Shown here piece after piece: positions 63,851-64,000 of a stretch of 64,000 bases of DNA. The DNA is taken from the NCBI GenBank assembly GCA_000091205.1, contig AP006497.2, one strand, 5' to 3'. How positions within the stretch are numbered: the first letter of the stretch is position 1; each line of letters opens with the position of its first letter. The notes beneath the pieces were generated by a model that was not told where the DNA came from, did not search any database, and saw nothing but the letters and a program-made list of their open reading frames with translations. Origin of the DNA: Cyanidioschyzon merolae (Eukaryota). A program made the position numbers and the translations under genes.

Positions 63851-64000
63851 CCGATGACAGGATACGCTATGCAGGACGTGTTCGTCGGAAATACCACCAG
63901 CACACGGATGCACCAGTGTACGCACAGGACGCGAGAACCCCCAGCAGACCCGTGAAATAAACAATCCGCTCGGTATGCTCCATCAGAATCGCGCGCGTCT

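Noticed and set aside
1-64000. tRNA and rRNA genes.
   Set aside because: I scanned ORF-free stretches for T-loop (GGTTCGAATCC-like) and D-loop signatures. I found only partial matches, such as at 14823 and 16745, without cloverleaf context. None is supportable.

Overview
The window is GC-rich (about 55-58%), gene-dense nuclear DNA from an intron-poor eukaryote, with roughly one gene per 2.5 kb and genes alternating between strands. The ORF track accepts GTG/TTG starts, so I re-anchored several gene starts to the first plausible ATG.

Organism guess: a compact algal genome with a primary plastid. The evidence is a plastidic phosphate-translocator homologue with a transit-peptide-like N-terminus, a POP-type organellar DNA polymerase, a plant-type guanosine-deaminase-like protein and a bZIP factor. 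Kinetoplastid origin was considered and rejected because strands alternate.

Confidently recognised genes:
- eIF3 subunit d
- V-ATPase subunit d
- phosphoacetylglucosamine mutase
- Cdc7-like kinase
- organellar family-A DNA polymerase
- triose-phosphate/phosphate translocator (TPT family)
- DEAD-box RNA helicase, with one clear 301-nt GTAAGT...TTTAG intron
- EVE/THYN1-domain protein
- MFS transporter
- Hus1 checkpoint clamp subunit
- multi-finger C2H2 protein
- Mpv17/PMP22 membrane protein
- NAD-dependent epimerase-like protein
- RRM protein
- CMP/dCMP-type deaminase

The most interesting content is a family of eukaryotic TnpB-like (Fanzor-type) RuvC nuclease elements. Copy 1 (minus strand, about 1845-4395) is near full length. 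It carries a RuvC-I motif IGADPGNTNI, a TnpB-like 'IDEFRTS' segment and a RuvC-III motif RDFNAAINIRR. It is interrupted by an in-frame TGA and a frame-disrupted N-terminus. Copy 3 (plus strand, about 240-700) is a degraded RuvC-III-containing 3' fragment lying tail-to-tail with copy 1. Copy 2 (minus strand, about 35000-36160) is a decayed N-terminal fragment.

The copies share a conserved non-coding 5' leader of about 300 bp. Copies 1 and 3 also share a conserved 3' flank of about 100-150 bp running past the stop codon. That flank is exactly where an omega-RNA guide scaffold would be expected.

Also noted: a 48-bp minisatellite with about 13.6 copies, a roughly 100-bp tandem repeat, and many CAG/GGC/GT microsatellites.
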